Shown here one piece after another: positions 1 to 12,109 of a stretch of 64,000 nucleotides of DNA (position 1 is the first letter of the stretch; the number at the start of each line of letters is the position of its first letter). The translations under genes and the position numbers were made by a program. The stretch is from Octopus sinensis (Eukaryota), in assembly GCF_006345805.1 (NCBI RefSeq), contig NC_042997.1:127348001-127412000 (forward strand), in the 5' to 3' direction. The notes under the pieces are model-generated. The model was not told the origin of the DNA and ran no database searches. It saw nothing but the letters and a program-made list of their open reading frames with translations.

Positions 1-1957
1 CGGGAGCATTCCTGGTTTTGTGAACCGAGGAGCCGTAACACTGCTGAAGAAAGAAATGTAATAGATAACTTTAGGCCCATCATTCTGCTTAATGCAGACT
101 TGAAAATTTTGGCCAAGGTGCTAGCCAAGAGGTTGGCGCTTGTCATCGAGAAACTGGTCGACAAGGCGCAAACATGCGCCGTGCCGGGCCGGACCATCCA
201 TGACAACCTCCACCTGATGCGCTACATCATAGACAGGGTAGTTAACGAACCTGGCATGGGTGGGGCGCTGATCAATTTGTATCAATCGAAAGCTTTCGAC
301 AGGGTGGACCATCGATACTTGAAGGCAGTCCTCAGAGCGGCTAGCTTCGGTCCCGTCTTCTGCGGCTGGATAGCCGCTTTGTGCAGAGGCATCCGTTCGG
401 TAATTCGCGTGAATGGACATTTATCGAGACCTTTCGACATCGCACGTTCGGTCCGTTAGGGATGCCCCCTCTCGTCGCTTCTATACGTATTGACTCTCGA
501 GCCATTATTGCGGAAGCTGGCAACTTTGAGGGGCATCCCGCGAGAACTGGGATGCGGGACGAGCGTGTCTGCATACGCGGACGACGTCACCGTCGTAGTG
601 TCTAGCCACGAGCACATCGAGCAGGTCGGCGAGACACTGAAAAACTACGAAGCGGTGACAGGAGCGAAAATCAACCGGGAAAAAGCAGTGGGCTTGCGAC
701 TAGGCACCTGGAGAAGCAAGCCCATGCCGTCCACCAGCGCTCCGTCGTGGGACGCTGGACCGACGGCCCGGTCGAGTTGCTCGGGGTCCGGTTCGGTCCG
801 GACCTACAAGTGGAGAAGAACTGGAACGAGATAACGAGTAGGGTGGTCACTCTCGCCCGGTAATGGGCCGAGAGGAAACTGGCTCTAAAAGGTCGGGCGG
901 AGGTGGCGAACACGTACATCGCGTCCGTCATCTACTACCACCTGACCGTCGTACCTTGTCCCGACTCTACCATCACCAAACTAGAACACATTCTCTTTCG
1001 CTTCTTGTGGAAAGGATGCATCCCGATGGTCAGGCGATCCATTTGCTGTCAACACCCGTTAAAAGGAGGACTGGGCATTCCGTGGTTGATGATGCGCAGT
1101 CACGCGCTGAGACTGCGACATCTCAGTCTCTTCGTAGACGACGGTGAACAGGTGTGGTCGCCGTTTGTGAGGCACGCTTTCCTGCAGCTCGTCTCCATGA
1201 CCGAACTGCAGTCGTGGATCAAAAAGAGGCCGAGGAAGGGCGAATGGCACTGCGAATGTCGCGTTACTCTCAAGCAACTATGCCGTCCTGGGTCCACCTT
1301 GAGTGACTTCATCACAACCAAAGCATTCTATAGGGGATTAGTGGAGGGGAGGTACGACGACGAGCTCGGGGCGAACCTGGACGTCGACGAGGAGTACCTG
1401 ACCCGCCTGTTCGGGACGACTTTCGGGCCAGAGCCCATGGACAACTTCCAGGGATCCCTGGCCTGGCAGTGCTACCGAGAAGCGCTACCCGTTCGGGATA
1501 AGCTCTACAGACACGGCTCGAGAAACACGGGGCCGACCTGCCCAAGATGCGGTCAGAGCGACGAAACCGTTCTGCACGCACTCGTGCAGTGTCCAACAAT
1601 TTCCGACCTGTGGGCCTATGTCGAACAACTGCTGTCACGTGTGGGACGAGTCGGTTTATCAGCTGAGTCTATCGTCAACATTGTCACGCCTCCTTCCTTC
1701 AAACGGGAAGGAAGAGCTATTTTCATCATCCTTGTGGCTATGGCGAAAGAATGTATCTGGTGGACGCGTCTGAAAGGTTGGAGACAAACACTTTCCTCTC
1801 TGTTCAATCTCTCATCAACTTCTTCAAGTACCACTTGAAAAGGGAAGTGAGAGTAGAGAGGCAAGTTTTGTCTAGCTAATGTTTTAAAAAAAGATGGGTG
1901 AATGTAGCAAGGATGGCACGTATGAATGACGAAGCCACCTTGAGCATAATCCTATGA
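1..1957 (+). pseudogene. Disrupted ORF2 (reverse transcriptase plus zinc-binding domain) of the Tx1-like LINE
   Basis: ORFs 100-459, 490-834 and 903-1838 are consecutive pieces; in-frame stops near 457 and 860, frameshifts near 745 and 1780. Confidence 0.85.
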
Positions 1958-2417
1958 ACCCAGAAATTGAAAACAGAGGGTTACCCACTTGCAAACAAAT
2001 GTGGTAACATATAACAATATTGACCAAGGTTACCGTGGTCTTTTTCGTAGGCTTTTCTTCCCACGGATAAACCTTACTTGCTTTCCCCTTTACACTATAC
2101 ATCATAACACTGTGATACACGATCCCTATTGATCGTTTTTTTTCCCTCTTCACCTTTTTTCCCCTTTTTTCTTCTTTTTTTCATTTCTCTTTTCTTTTGT
2201 TCCTTTTCCTTTTTTTCTTTTTCTTTTTTTCTTTTTTTTTCTTTATTTTTTGTTCTCTTTTCCCTTTTACGATCCCTTTTGATCGAAAACCTACGCCACC
2301 TTTTTTTTTGTTTCTTTTGTTTTTTTTTGTTTTTTGTTTTTTTCATTCCCTAAAAGAAAAGCACTACCTTGTAACTTGTCCCATCTGTGTGCAGCCCTGT
2401 GAGGCCAATAAAGAAAC
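1..2417 (+). mobile_element. Tx1/L1-clade non-LTR retrotransposon, 3' portion (runs off the window start)
   Basis: GC-rich island. RT motifs NFRPIILLNAD.KILAKVLAKRL, KAFDRVDH, SVR*GCPLS, YADD; C-terminal CPRCG..ET..H..C. T-rich 3' UTR, AATAAA at 2407-2412, then (TATC)n. Confidence 0.9.
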
Positions 2418-2690
<273 letters not shown>

Positions 2691-2699
2691 TATGTTAGT

Positions 2700-2947
2700 G
2701 TAAATGTTAGTGTGTGAGTGTTTGGGGATTCTTGTCTTGATATTGCATGATTGTTATAAATGAATGCCCTTCATTTCCAATATTCTGCAAAAACATGTCT
2801 AGCTATGGAGAAATATTACCTTGCTTGGAAACAGAGAGGGTTGGCAACAGGAAGGGCATCCAGCCACAGAAAATGCCTCAATAAACTCCATTCGATCCAC
2901 GAAATCATGAAATAGTTGAAAAATTGACTGTTAAATGTTGATGATGA
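2700..2947 (+). mobile_element. Degenerate SINE/RTE-tail fragment
   Basis: GGTTGGCAACAGGAAGGGCATCCAGCC motif and (GAT)n end shared with other RTE-type tails in the window. Confidence 0.6.
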
Positions 2948-3464
2948 CTGTATATCTAGGACAAACTATTCAAAGTATAATTTCCATTTTCCAAGTGTCA
3001 TTTGAGGTATATTTGGCTGCTATTTCTAACAAGCTGGCCAACTACTTCATATGAGCCCGTTTCAGTTTTGTTTCTTTGTCCTCTTATCTAAAACCCAATT
3101 ACGTTCGTCTCTCTCTTTGAGGGCAGTACATCCTTCATCAGAGATTGACATTGTCTTCCTGTCAATATAGATAGATCGTTCTGTCATTTATGGATAATTT
3201 GCTGCGTTTCCAAAGACTGCCATCAAATGATCCAATCAAGCATGACATAAAATTCCATGAATGTTTATTCTTTTTTTGCCATTATCAGGAATCTACAAAC
3301 ATTAAACTTCTAAACAGAATGCATATTAACTTGGCAACTGAAGTTCCTGCAGCAAAATATTATACATCAAGATTGTGGTGATGAGATTCCAACCACAACG
3401 TCGCATTTTGGTATAAGATATTACTGCACCGAAGAAAGCATACTCAAGATTGAATCCACATGTC

Positions 3465-4310
3465 TTTTATCTTTTGCTTGCTTTAGTCATTAAACTGCGA
3501 CCATTCTGGGGCACCACATAGAAGAATTTTAGTGGAATGAATCAAAACCCACTATTTTTTATACTCTAGGCACAAGGTCTGAAATTTTTGGGGAGTGGGG
3601 GTCAGTCGATTAGATTGACTCCAGTATGTAACTGATACTTAATTTATCGACCTCGAAAGGATCAAAGGCAAAGTCGACATCGGCGGAATTTCAACTGGGA
3701 ACATAAAGACAGACGAAATACTGCTAAGCATTTCGCCCTGTGTGCTAACGTTTCTTCTTTCTTTATTGCCCACTATGGGCTAAACATAGAGGGGAGAAAC
3801 AAGGACAGACAAAGGGATTAAGTCGATTACTTCGACCCCAGTGCATAACTGGTACTTGATTTATTGACCCCGAAAGGATGAAAGGCAAAGTCGACCTCGG
3901 CGGAATTTGAACTCAGAGCATAAAGACAGACGAAATACTGCTAAGCATTTCGCCTTGTGTGCTAACGTTTCTGCCAGCTCACCACCTTTCAAACCTCACT
4001 ATTTATTATGCTTTTGTAAAGCCTGGTATTTATTCTGTCAGTTTCTGGTGCTGAACCACTAAGTTACAAGGACACAAACACACCAACACTAGATATCAGT
4101 CAGTGGTGGGGAACAAATTCACGCACACGCACACACACACACACACATGACAAGCTTCTTTCAGTTTCCATCTACCAAATCCACTTATAAATCACTGGTT
4201 GACCCAAGGCTATAGTAGAAGACACTTGTTCAAGGTTCCATGCAGTGGAGCTGAACCTGGAGCCATGTATTGGGGAAGCAAACATATTTCCACACAGCTA
4301 AGCCTGCACC
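3465..4310 (-). mobile_element. tRNA-derived CORE-like SINE (family A), interrupted by a family B SINE dimer
   Basis: Matches copies at 21707, 23225, 42739; 3' part 3465-3555, remainder resumes at about 3990. Confidence 0.7.
3558..3987 (-). mobile_element. Tandem dimer of tRNA-derived SINE family B (central GCCTTTCATCCTTTCGGGGTCGATAAA, Meta-domain-like)
   Basis: Two copies of CGAAAGGATGAAAGGCAAAGTCGACCTCGGCGGAATTTGAACTCAG with different 3' tails. Confidence 0.85.
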
Positions 4311-4489
4311 TATATCATCATCACCATTTAACGTCCATTCTCCATGCCAGACATGGGTTGGACGGTTTGACCAGATGTAGCAAGCTGGGGAACTGCACTA
4401 GACTCTAGTCTGATTTGGCTTGATTTGTTTAGATTGATGCAGTTCTTAATGCCAACCACTTTACAGAATGTGCTGGGGGAGTTTACGCT

Positions 4490-4675
4490 CCTTCATGTGG
4501 CACCGCTTGGGCGCTTTTATGTGGCGCTGAATGGGCACTTTTACGCAGTACCACATGGTCACATTTACGTAGCATTGCCTGGGCGTCTTTACATGGCGCC
4601 CTACAGTGGCATTTAAGTGGCTCTGCACAGGTGCTTTTATGTGGAACCACATGGGCATTTTTATGTGGAACATAC
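4490..4675. repeat. About 22-bp degenerate tandem repeat (GGGCATTTTTATGTGGCACCACAT-like, about 8 units) in the RTE 3' UTR
   Basis: Recurring TTTTA(T/C)GTGGC at about 22-bp spacing. Confidence 0.75.
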
Positions 4676-4726
4676 CAGGACTCTTGCTGGTCAATTCTCA
4701 CTGCTGGGGAAGTGGGGGGCTGATCT

Positions 4727-5120
4727 TATTTCTTTACTACGCACAAGGGGCTACACACAAAAGAGGCAAACAAAGAGAGACAAAGGGATTAAGTCGATTA
4801 TATCGACCCCAGTGCGTAACTGGTACTTATTTAATCGACCCCGAAAGGATGAAAGGCAAAGTCGACCTTGGCAGAATTTGAAATCAGACTGTAACGGCAG
4901 TCGAAATACCTATTTCTTTATTGCCCACAAGGGGCTACACAGAGGGGACAAACAAGGACAGACACACGGATTAAGTGCGTAACTAGTACCTATTTAATCG
5001 ACCCCGAAAGGATGAAAGGCAAAGTCGACCTTGGCAGAATTTGAACTCAGAACGTAACGGCAGAGGAAATACCGCTAAGCATTTCACCCGGCGTGCTAAC
5101 GATTCTGCCAGCTCACCGCC
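4727..5120 (-). mobile_element. Family B SINE tandem dimer
   Basis: Two units joined at GAAATACC|TATTTCTTT (about 4910). Confidence 0.9.
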
Positions 5121-5644
5121 TGATCTGGTTTAGCTTGGTTTCTATGACTGGACACCCTTCTTAATGCTTGCCGCCTGATCTTAATACTTCTGCAGAGTAC
5201 AGGTCTTCTTGAGTACAACAAGGTACCAGGAATCTTGGTCCTTTGTCATCTCGTCTGAACGGTTCAGCATCCTGAGGTTGCTCTTCAGTGCTTCATCCCA
5301 AGCCTTCCTGCATTCCACTTTCATGCATTCCATCTACTTTGAGAGATCGGCACTTGTTTATGGAACTGTTGGCATCCATCCACATCACATGACTAAACCA
5401 GTGCAGTCTTCTCTCTTGCTCACAGCAACTAATTCCTCTTATGCCTAACTTCTCTCTCAATAGACTAGCACTCTGTCAAACATGTACACTTACATTACAC
5501 AGCCAGTGGAGCATACAAGCCACCTTTCTTTCTCACCTTTACATGTCCTCTGAATTCAAGGCCCACATCTCACTACGAGGTAGAATTGCTCTCTGTATAC
5601 ATGCATCATACGATCTTCCTTTCACTCAGTGTGTGTGTGCGCGT

Positions 5645-6435
5645 GCATCTGGGTAACCAAGTCAGCAGTGGAGGTCGATGCTCTGAAAGCATAGCTGCTA
5701 GAATAAGAATAGGTTGGGCAAAGTTCAGAAAGCTTCTACCCTCAGACTGGACGACAGATTATATGATGCTTGTGTATGAACAGCCATGCTACACAGCAGT
5801 GAAATATGGTCTGTGACTGTTGAGGACATAGGAAGGCTTGATGTGCAAAGTCAGTATGCATTTATGACAGAGTGTAATTGTCTTGGGAGAAAAATTGGGC
5901 ATAAGGGACATCAACTGTAGTGTGCAAGAGAAAAGACTGCACTGGTATGGTCATGTGATGTGTATGGACAAGTACAGCCACATACACAAGTGCCTGTCTC
6001 TAACTGTGGAGGGAACCTGTGGAAGAGGTAGACTCAAGAAGACATGGAACAAGGTGGTGAAGCATGATCATCGAATGTTGGGCCTCACAGAGGTGATGAG
6101 AAACGATCAAAACCTTTTGGCAATTTGCTGTACTTGAGAAGATTCCTCAAGCCAAGTGGAACCATAGTTGTGGCTAGTGGCAATGACATGTAAAATGCAC
6201 CTGTACTGGTGACAGATAAAAGCATCCATGCTTGTGACACGTAAAAGGCACCCGTACCAGTGACACATAAAAGATACCCACTACACTCTTGGAGTGGTTG
6301 GCATTAAGAAGGTTGTCCAGCCATAGAAACCAAGCTAAACCAGACTGGAACTTGGTGCAGCCTTCCGGCTTACCAGTTCCAGTTAAACCATGTAACACAT
6401 GCCAGCAGGGAAAATGTATGCGAAATGATGATGAT
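5645..6435 (+). mobile_element. RTE-clade LINE 3' end
   Basis: LGNQVSSGGRCSESIAARIRIGWAKFRKLLP; QEKRLHWYGHVMCMD; GRGRLKKTW; typical tail ending in (ATG)n. Confidence 0.85.
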
Positions 6436-6689
6436 ATATATTCTTTTACTCATTTCAGTAATTTCATTGTGACCATGCTGGAGCACCACCTTAAAGGGTT
6501 TTAGTCGAAGAAATCGATCACAGGACTTATTCTTTGTAAGCCTTGTACTTTTCCTATCGGTCCCTTTTGCCAAACCAATAAGTTATGGGAACATAAACAC
6601 ACCAACATAGGTTGTCAAGCAATGGCAGTGGGGACAAATACAGACACACACTCACACATATGTATATTATGCATATATATTTACCAAAT

Positions 6690-7103
6690 TAAATTCGCAA
6701 CTTCGATGACAGGCACCTGTGCCAGTGGAGTGCTAAGAGCATCATCTGAGTGTGATCGCTGCCAGAGCAGCTGACTGGCTTCCATGCCAGTGGCGCGTAA
6801 AAAGCGCCATTCAAATGTGATCGTTACGAGCGTCACCTTACTGGCACTTGTACCAGTGGCACATGAAAAACATTCGAGAGAGGTCATTGCCAGTACTGCT
6901 TGACTGGCCCTCGTGCCGGTGGTACGTTAAAACACCCACTACACTCTCAGTGCGGTTGGTGTTAGGAAAGGCATCCAGCTGTAGAAACACTGCCAGATCA
7001 GATTGGAGCCTGGTGCAGCCATCTGGTTCACCAGTCCTCAGTCAAATCGTCCAACCCCTGCTAGCATGGAAAGCGGACGTTTAACGATGATGATAATGAT
7101 GAT
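6690..7103 (+). mobile_element. RTE 3' UTR-derived element with GCCAGTGGCACGTAAAAAGCACC sub-repeats
   Basis: Similar to 11425-11800, 14465-14810 and 16060-16500. Confidence 0.75.
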
Positions 7104-7152
7104 ATATACATATATATATGTGTACAAATATATATATGTACATATATATATG

Positions 7153-7269
<117 letters not shown>

Positions 7270-7437
7270 TATACGACGGGCTTCCTTCAGTTTCCATCTA
7301 TCAAATCCACTCACAATGCTTTGATCAGCCCGAAGTTATAGTAGAAGACACTTGCCCGAGGTGCCATGCAGTAGGACTGAACACAGAACCATGTGGTTGC
7401 GAAGCAAGCTTCTTACCACACAGCCATGCTTGCGCCT
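7270..7437 (-). mobile_element. Family A SINE 5' half (tRNA head plus CORE-like domain)
   Basis: Reverse strand GGCGCAAGCATGGCTGTGTGG...GGTTCAGTCCTACTGCATGGCACCTCGGGCAAGTGTC. Confidence 0.8.
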
Positions 7438-7498
7438 ATATGCATATGTATGTGTGTGTGTGTATACATACATATATGTATCTATATATATATAGCTA

Positions 7499-7577
<79 letters not shown>

Positions 7578-7683
7578 ATATCTATCTATCTATATATATA
7601 TATATATATAAATATATATAAATATATATAAATATATATATATATATTATAATGGGATAATTACGATGAAGCATTGTGTAGAA

Positions 7684-7974
7684 TATATTGTATACAGGAT
7701 CGTGGGTAAGGCCAAAGCAATGCGAAATAAATGCAAGGTAAATCACAAGAAAACAAATATGGGAATTAATGTAGACTTACTTTGTATTCAATATTTCGGG
7801 GTTATGACCCCATTTTTAAGAAATTGATGAATGTCAGTTGAAAATGGGGTCATAACCCCGAAATATTGAATACAAGGTAAGTCTACATTAATTCAGTTAT
7901 TTGTTTTCTTGTAATTTACCTTGCATATACTTCGCATTGTTTTGGCCTTACCCACGATTCTTTACACAATATAT
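7684..7974. repeat. Foldback: about 130-bp inverted arms with a short spacer, next to (TA)n
   Basis: 7684-7816 is the reverse complement of 7841-7974 with few mismatches. Confidence 0.9.
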
Positions 7975-8011
7975 ATATATATATATAAACAAGTCAAATT
8001 GCGATAAAATG

Positions 8012-8046
<35 letters not shown>

Positions 8047-8121
8047 TGTTCTTTCTTTCATGGTCTGACCGTTGTCTGTGCAACATCGATATTCTTCCCT
8101 GTGTTTGTGAAAATTTTGTAT

Positions 8122-8448
8122 CTCAGTGCGGAACTGGTACTTATTTAATCGACACCGAAAGGATGAAAGGCAAAGTCGACCTCGGCGGAATTTGAACTCA
8201 GAACGTAGCAGCAGACGAAATACCTATTTCTTTACTATCCACAAGGGGCTAAACACAGAAAGGACAAACAAGGACAGACAAACGGATTAAGTCGATTATA
8301 TCGACCCCAGTGCGTAACTGGTCCTTAGTTTATCGATCCCGGAAGGATGAAAGCAAAGTCAACCTCGGCGGAATTTGAACTCAGAGGCGGACGAAATACC
8401 ACGAAGCATTTCGCCCGGCGTGCTAACGGTTCTGCCATCTCGCCGCCT
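8122..8448 (-). mobile_element. Family B SINE tandem dimer (distal unit truncated)
   Basis: Junction GAAATACC|TATTTCTTT at about 8224. Confidence 0.85.
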
Positions 8449-8589
8449 TTCTCTGAAAATAGTATTAACAACGTAACATCTAACTTCTTTTAGCACACTT
8501 TCATTCCTCCTTTCGCCTCTTCTACGATACAGTCACCGACTATATAATTGTCATACAGAATCATGATTCTAAAATTGCTAAACAGTTAC

Positions 8590-8619
8590 TTGTTTGTCCT
8601 TTCTCCAGGGTAACATACT
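8590..8619 (-). CDS. Candidate 30-nt micro-exon (SMLPWRKDKQ) of an unidentified host gene
   Basis: Minus strand ctgtcttttag|AGTATG...AAACAA|gtaact; phase 0/0, open, matches the phase-0 end of exon 8917-9035. Confidence 0.45.
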
Positions 8620-8916
8620 CTAAAAGACAGTGTGGTGGTTACAGTAAGTATTGAAAGTAATAAAGTTCGACAAAATTGTTTTCTTGCTAAATTATTCAGA
8701 AAGCAAAATAATGAAATAAATCAAAGCAGATGGAAGACTAATATAGACAGCAGGTAAAAACGAAGGGGGGGGGGACCAAACAAATAAACAAAAACAAAAA
8801 GAAACAAAAAAGAACAGAAAACCCAGCAAAACGTTAACTGAATAAATCATCTGTCTCAGAAAATTCCTCTTAAAAGAATTTTTTTGTCGTTTATTTTATA
8901 TATTTCATAATTTTAC

Positions 8917-9035
8917 CTCCAGCAGTTTCTCTTTTTGACTTTCGCCTTTCTTTTTTCCGCTCTCTAATTCTTGTGTTTTTGTTCTTGGATACAAAACTGG
9001 TTGATTAGTTCCTGTTAGGTTTGGCTGGACACAAA
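8917..9035 (-). CDS. Candidate internal exon (CVQPNLTGTNQPVLYPRTKTQELESGKKKGESQKEKLLE)
   Basis: ttattttgcag| ... GAG|gtaaaa; the only open frame is phase 1, matching exon 38724-38895; unique sequence. Confidence 0.6.
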
Positions 9036-9132
9036 CTGCAAAATAACAATGATAATGGGGGTGGGGGTGAAAATGCTGATAACTAAATAGTATCATAATC
9101 AGTAGAACAACTACCAGCATTTCCTAAACGCT

Positions 9133-9290
9133 GCGACTATACTGTGGTTCTAGAACATTACAGCTGATTGGTAAAAAATAAAGACAAAGCATTAACGCTT
9201 TACAATTGTAACTCACAAACTAGTACTTTTGACATATGCATACATACATACATATATATATATATATGTGCGTGTTATATTCTTATACAC

Positions 9291-9351
<61 letters not shown>

Positions 9352-9374
9352 GTGTATATATGTATAAATATATG

Positions 9375-9434
<60 letters not shown>

Positions 9435-10141
9435 GTATTTATATATGTATATAAGAATATAAACACGCACATATATATATATGTATATGTCAAAATGACA
9501 GAATCATATCCCCAACAAAGATGTCCTCAGGCAAGCAGGAATACCAAGCATGTTTGCACTCCTCACACAATTGGGCATGTTAGCCGTATGAAAGATGGTA
9601 GAATCCCCAAGGACATACTCTACGGAGACCTTGCTAGGGGTACTAGGTCTGTGGGTAGACCGTTCTTACGTTACAAGGATGTTTGCAAAAGGGACATGAA
9701 GCCCTGCAACATCAATATTAGCAGTTGGGAAGCAATTGCCAGCAATCGTGGAGATTGGTGACGTAATGTAAAAGAGGGAATACAAAGGAGTGACAGACAG
9801 AGAGAGAGAGAGGAGAAATGGAAAGACAAGAATAGACGTCAACAAGAAACTATGACACTACAACCAGCCAGGGACAGTCTTCGCTACATTTGCGGTACCT
9901 GCCAGAGGGAGTGTTTGTCCAGGATAGGACTACACAGCCACAGCAGGAAATGTATCAGGATATGAAATGTAAAAGCCGGACTGGACTATTTTATGCGCAA
10001 CTCCATTGTCTCTCGAGACAAAAAGGATGCCAACAATATGTCAAAATTAATAGTTTGTGAAGTTACAATTGTAAAGCGTTAATGCTTTGTCTTTATTTTT
10101 ACCAATCAGCTGTAATGTTCTAGAACAACAGTATAGTTGTC
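9133..10141. repeat. Foldback with about 105-bp arms around a (TA)n core, later split by an RTE insertion
   Basis: 9133-9237 is the reverse complement of 10036-10141. Confidence 0.9.
9497..10035 (+). mobile_element. 5'-truncated RTE (BovB-like) LINE with 12-bp TSD
   Basis: [20 protein letters not shown]...[10 protein letters not shown]; YICGTCQRECLSRIGLHSH; TSD ATATGTCAAAAT at 9485-9496 and 10036-10047. Confidence 0.9.
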
Positions 10142-10177
10142 ATATATATTATATATATATATATATATATATGTATA

Positions 10178-11242
10178 TACTAGCAGTATCACCCGGTGTT
10201 GCTTGGGTTTGTTTCGACCCTTTAGAATTGGAATTTTTGAAAAGTAAATATTTTGCATTATGCAACTTGTTATTCTCTTCAAGTGAACATTTTTCTAGTT
10301 GAAATACACCGAAAAATGGTGACACAGCAGTCAAAAATCGTAAAAAATAGGGATTTTCATAGAAAAAAAGCACCTTTTTGATGTAAATAATTTTTGGTGT
10401 TAACATGGTCCGATTTTATCTTCTACAGAATGAAGAGCAAGCCTTCTTCTATCATACTCTCAATTTTGGTCAACTTGCGCTGTAGGATCTCGACGGAGAT
10501 AGTGTTAGTTGAAGGCTACCAAACTTGCCATACACAGACAACTTCAGCTTTATATATATAGATTTGCTACACACTACTTTCCATCCTTAATAATAAAACT
10601 TGGTATATCCAAAAGTTAAAAACACAGACACACACACACATACACACACAGACACACAAGTTGAGTTTTATATATATAGATTTCTCAACGCGGATTTCAG
10701 GGGAGAGTTTCAGGGAGTCGCTGGCGATGTATCGTGATGATCAAAAATCCGGCCTGCTAAAATTTGGTTAAAGTGATTCAAACTGCAAACTCAACGCAAA
10801 ATGGTCACATTTAATTCAAAGCGTTAAAAATGTTATGAAAACAATTGGTATGTGTTCACAAAGTCCAAACGATTAATACGAAAAAACCCTCCAGGTTACA
10901 TCCTCAAAATTCATTTCTTTGCCGAATTTCTACAATGTTTAGAATTCGTTTTTATATGTTGATTTTTTATTTTTCATGCAATTTACGCATGGTTGCACGC
11001 GTGGTGAACACAGTTCACGTCAAACAGCTGACTGAGTAAAGTTAACTATTAAATGCATGGGATAAGGCTTAAACAAACACATTATCGATTTTTGCACTTG
11101 CGAGATGAATTTCGGAACAGAAATAGCTCAGTTCAATTTTCATTTGCCTAAACTTTAAGGGACCCATTTTTGGTGATTCTACGATTTGTTGGCTAGGAGG
11201 AGATGTGCCGGGAAGTTAAACACACAGACACACAAGTTGAGT

Positions 11243-11250
<8 letters not shown>
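10178..11250 (+). mobile_element. Non-autonomous Helitron/Helentron-like pieces in tandem
   Basis: Starts TACTAGCAGTATCACCCGGTGTTGCTTGGG; related ends ACACAGACA...TTTATATATATAGAT at about 10563 and 10681, and a similar end at about 11250. Confidence 0.55.
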
Positions 11251-11290
<40 letters not shown>

Positions 11291-11424
11291 TGGCCTGCGC
11301 GTTTAGCCAGCTGGGTGGCGTCATTTGAAGGCTAAAACAATGAGAAGTGCATTGTGATCAGCGATGTGTAGCAACATCTGATAGCCTGGTCAGTCACGGT
11401 GATCAGGGTGATATATATATATAT

Positions 11425-11754
11425 CAAATGGAATTATAGTTGTGATACCCGTGCTGGTGGCACGTAAAAAGCACCATCCGAATGTGGCCGATGCCAGCGC
11501 CACCTCGGCTGGCTTCCGTGCCGGTGGCACGTAAAAGGCACCAACAGATCGTAGCGGTTTGCCAGCCTACCCTGACCTCTGTGCCGGTGGCACGTAAAAA
11601 GCAGCCACTACACTCACGGAGTGGTTGGCGTTAGGAATGGCATCCAGCTGTAGAAACACTGCCAGATCAGACTGGAGCCTGGTGCAGCCTCCTGGCTTCC
11701 CAGACCCCGGTCGAACCGTCCAACCCATGCCAACATTGGAAACGCACGTTAAAC

Positions 11755-11791
<37 letters not shown>

Positions 11792-11800
11792 GTGATGATA
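11425..11800 (+). mobile_element. RTE 3' UTR-derived element with three GCCGGTGGCACGTAAAAAGCA modules and a (GAT)n tail
   Basis: Well-preserved copy of the tail family. Confidence 0.8.
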
Positions 11801-12109
11801 TATATATATATATCAGGAGCAACTGCAGAAGGAATAATGGCAGCTACTACAGTAGCAGCAGAATCAGTTTTGAAATTGGCTTTTCCATACTTGCATAGGC
11901 CAGACAGAATTCTATGGCTGGATGCCCGTCCTGTTGCCAACCCTCACTTGTTTCCGGGCAAGGCAATATATTGCCATGCCCAGGCATGTTTTCATGGAAG
12001 ATTAGAAATAAAAGATTTTACTTGCATGACACTCATTTCCAATGATCATCTTATGTCAAGGCAAGGAGACAGTAAAACACTCACACTATCACATACGTAT
12101 ATTCGTTTT

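Larger units (their letters stand above)
4315..5625 (-). mobile_element. RTE-clade LINE 3' end, interrupted by a SINE dimer
   Basis: Reverse strand gives LREKLGIRGISC...ERRLHWFSHVM; 3' tail ends in GGACGTTAAATGGTGATGATG. Confidence 0.75.

Noticed and set aside
5180-6140. Back-to-back RTE fragments as one twin-primed inversion
   Set aside because: The two pieces cover overlapping ORF regions, are clearly diverged and each has its own 3' tail; independent insertions are simpler.
8590-8619. Assigning a gene symbol from MLPWRK similarity to known N-termini or hexapeptides
   Set aside because: Too short to support any orthology.
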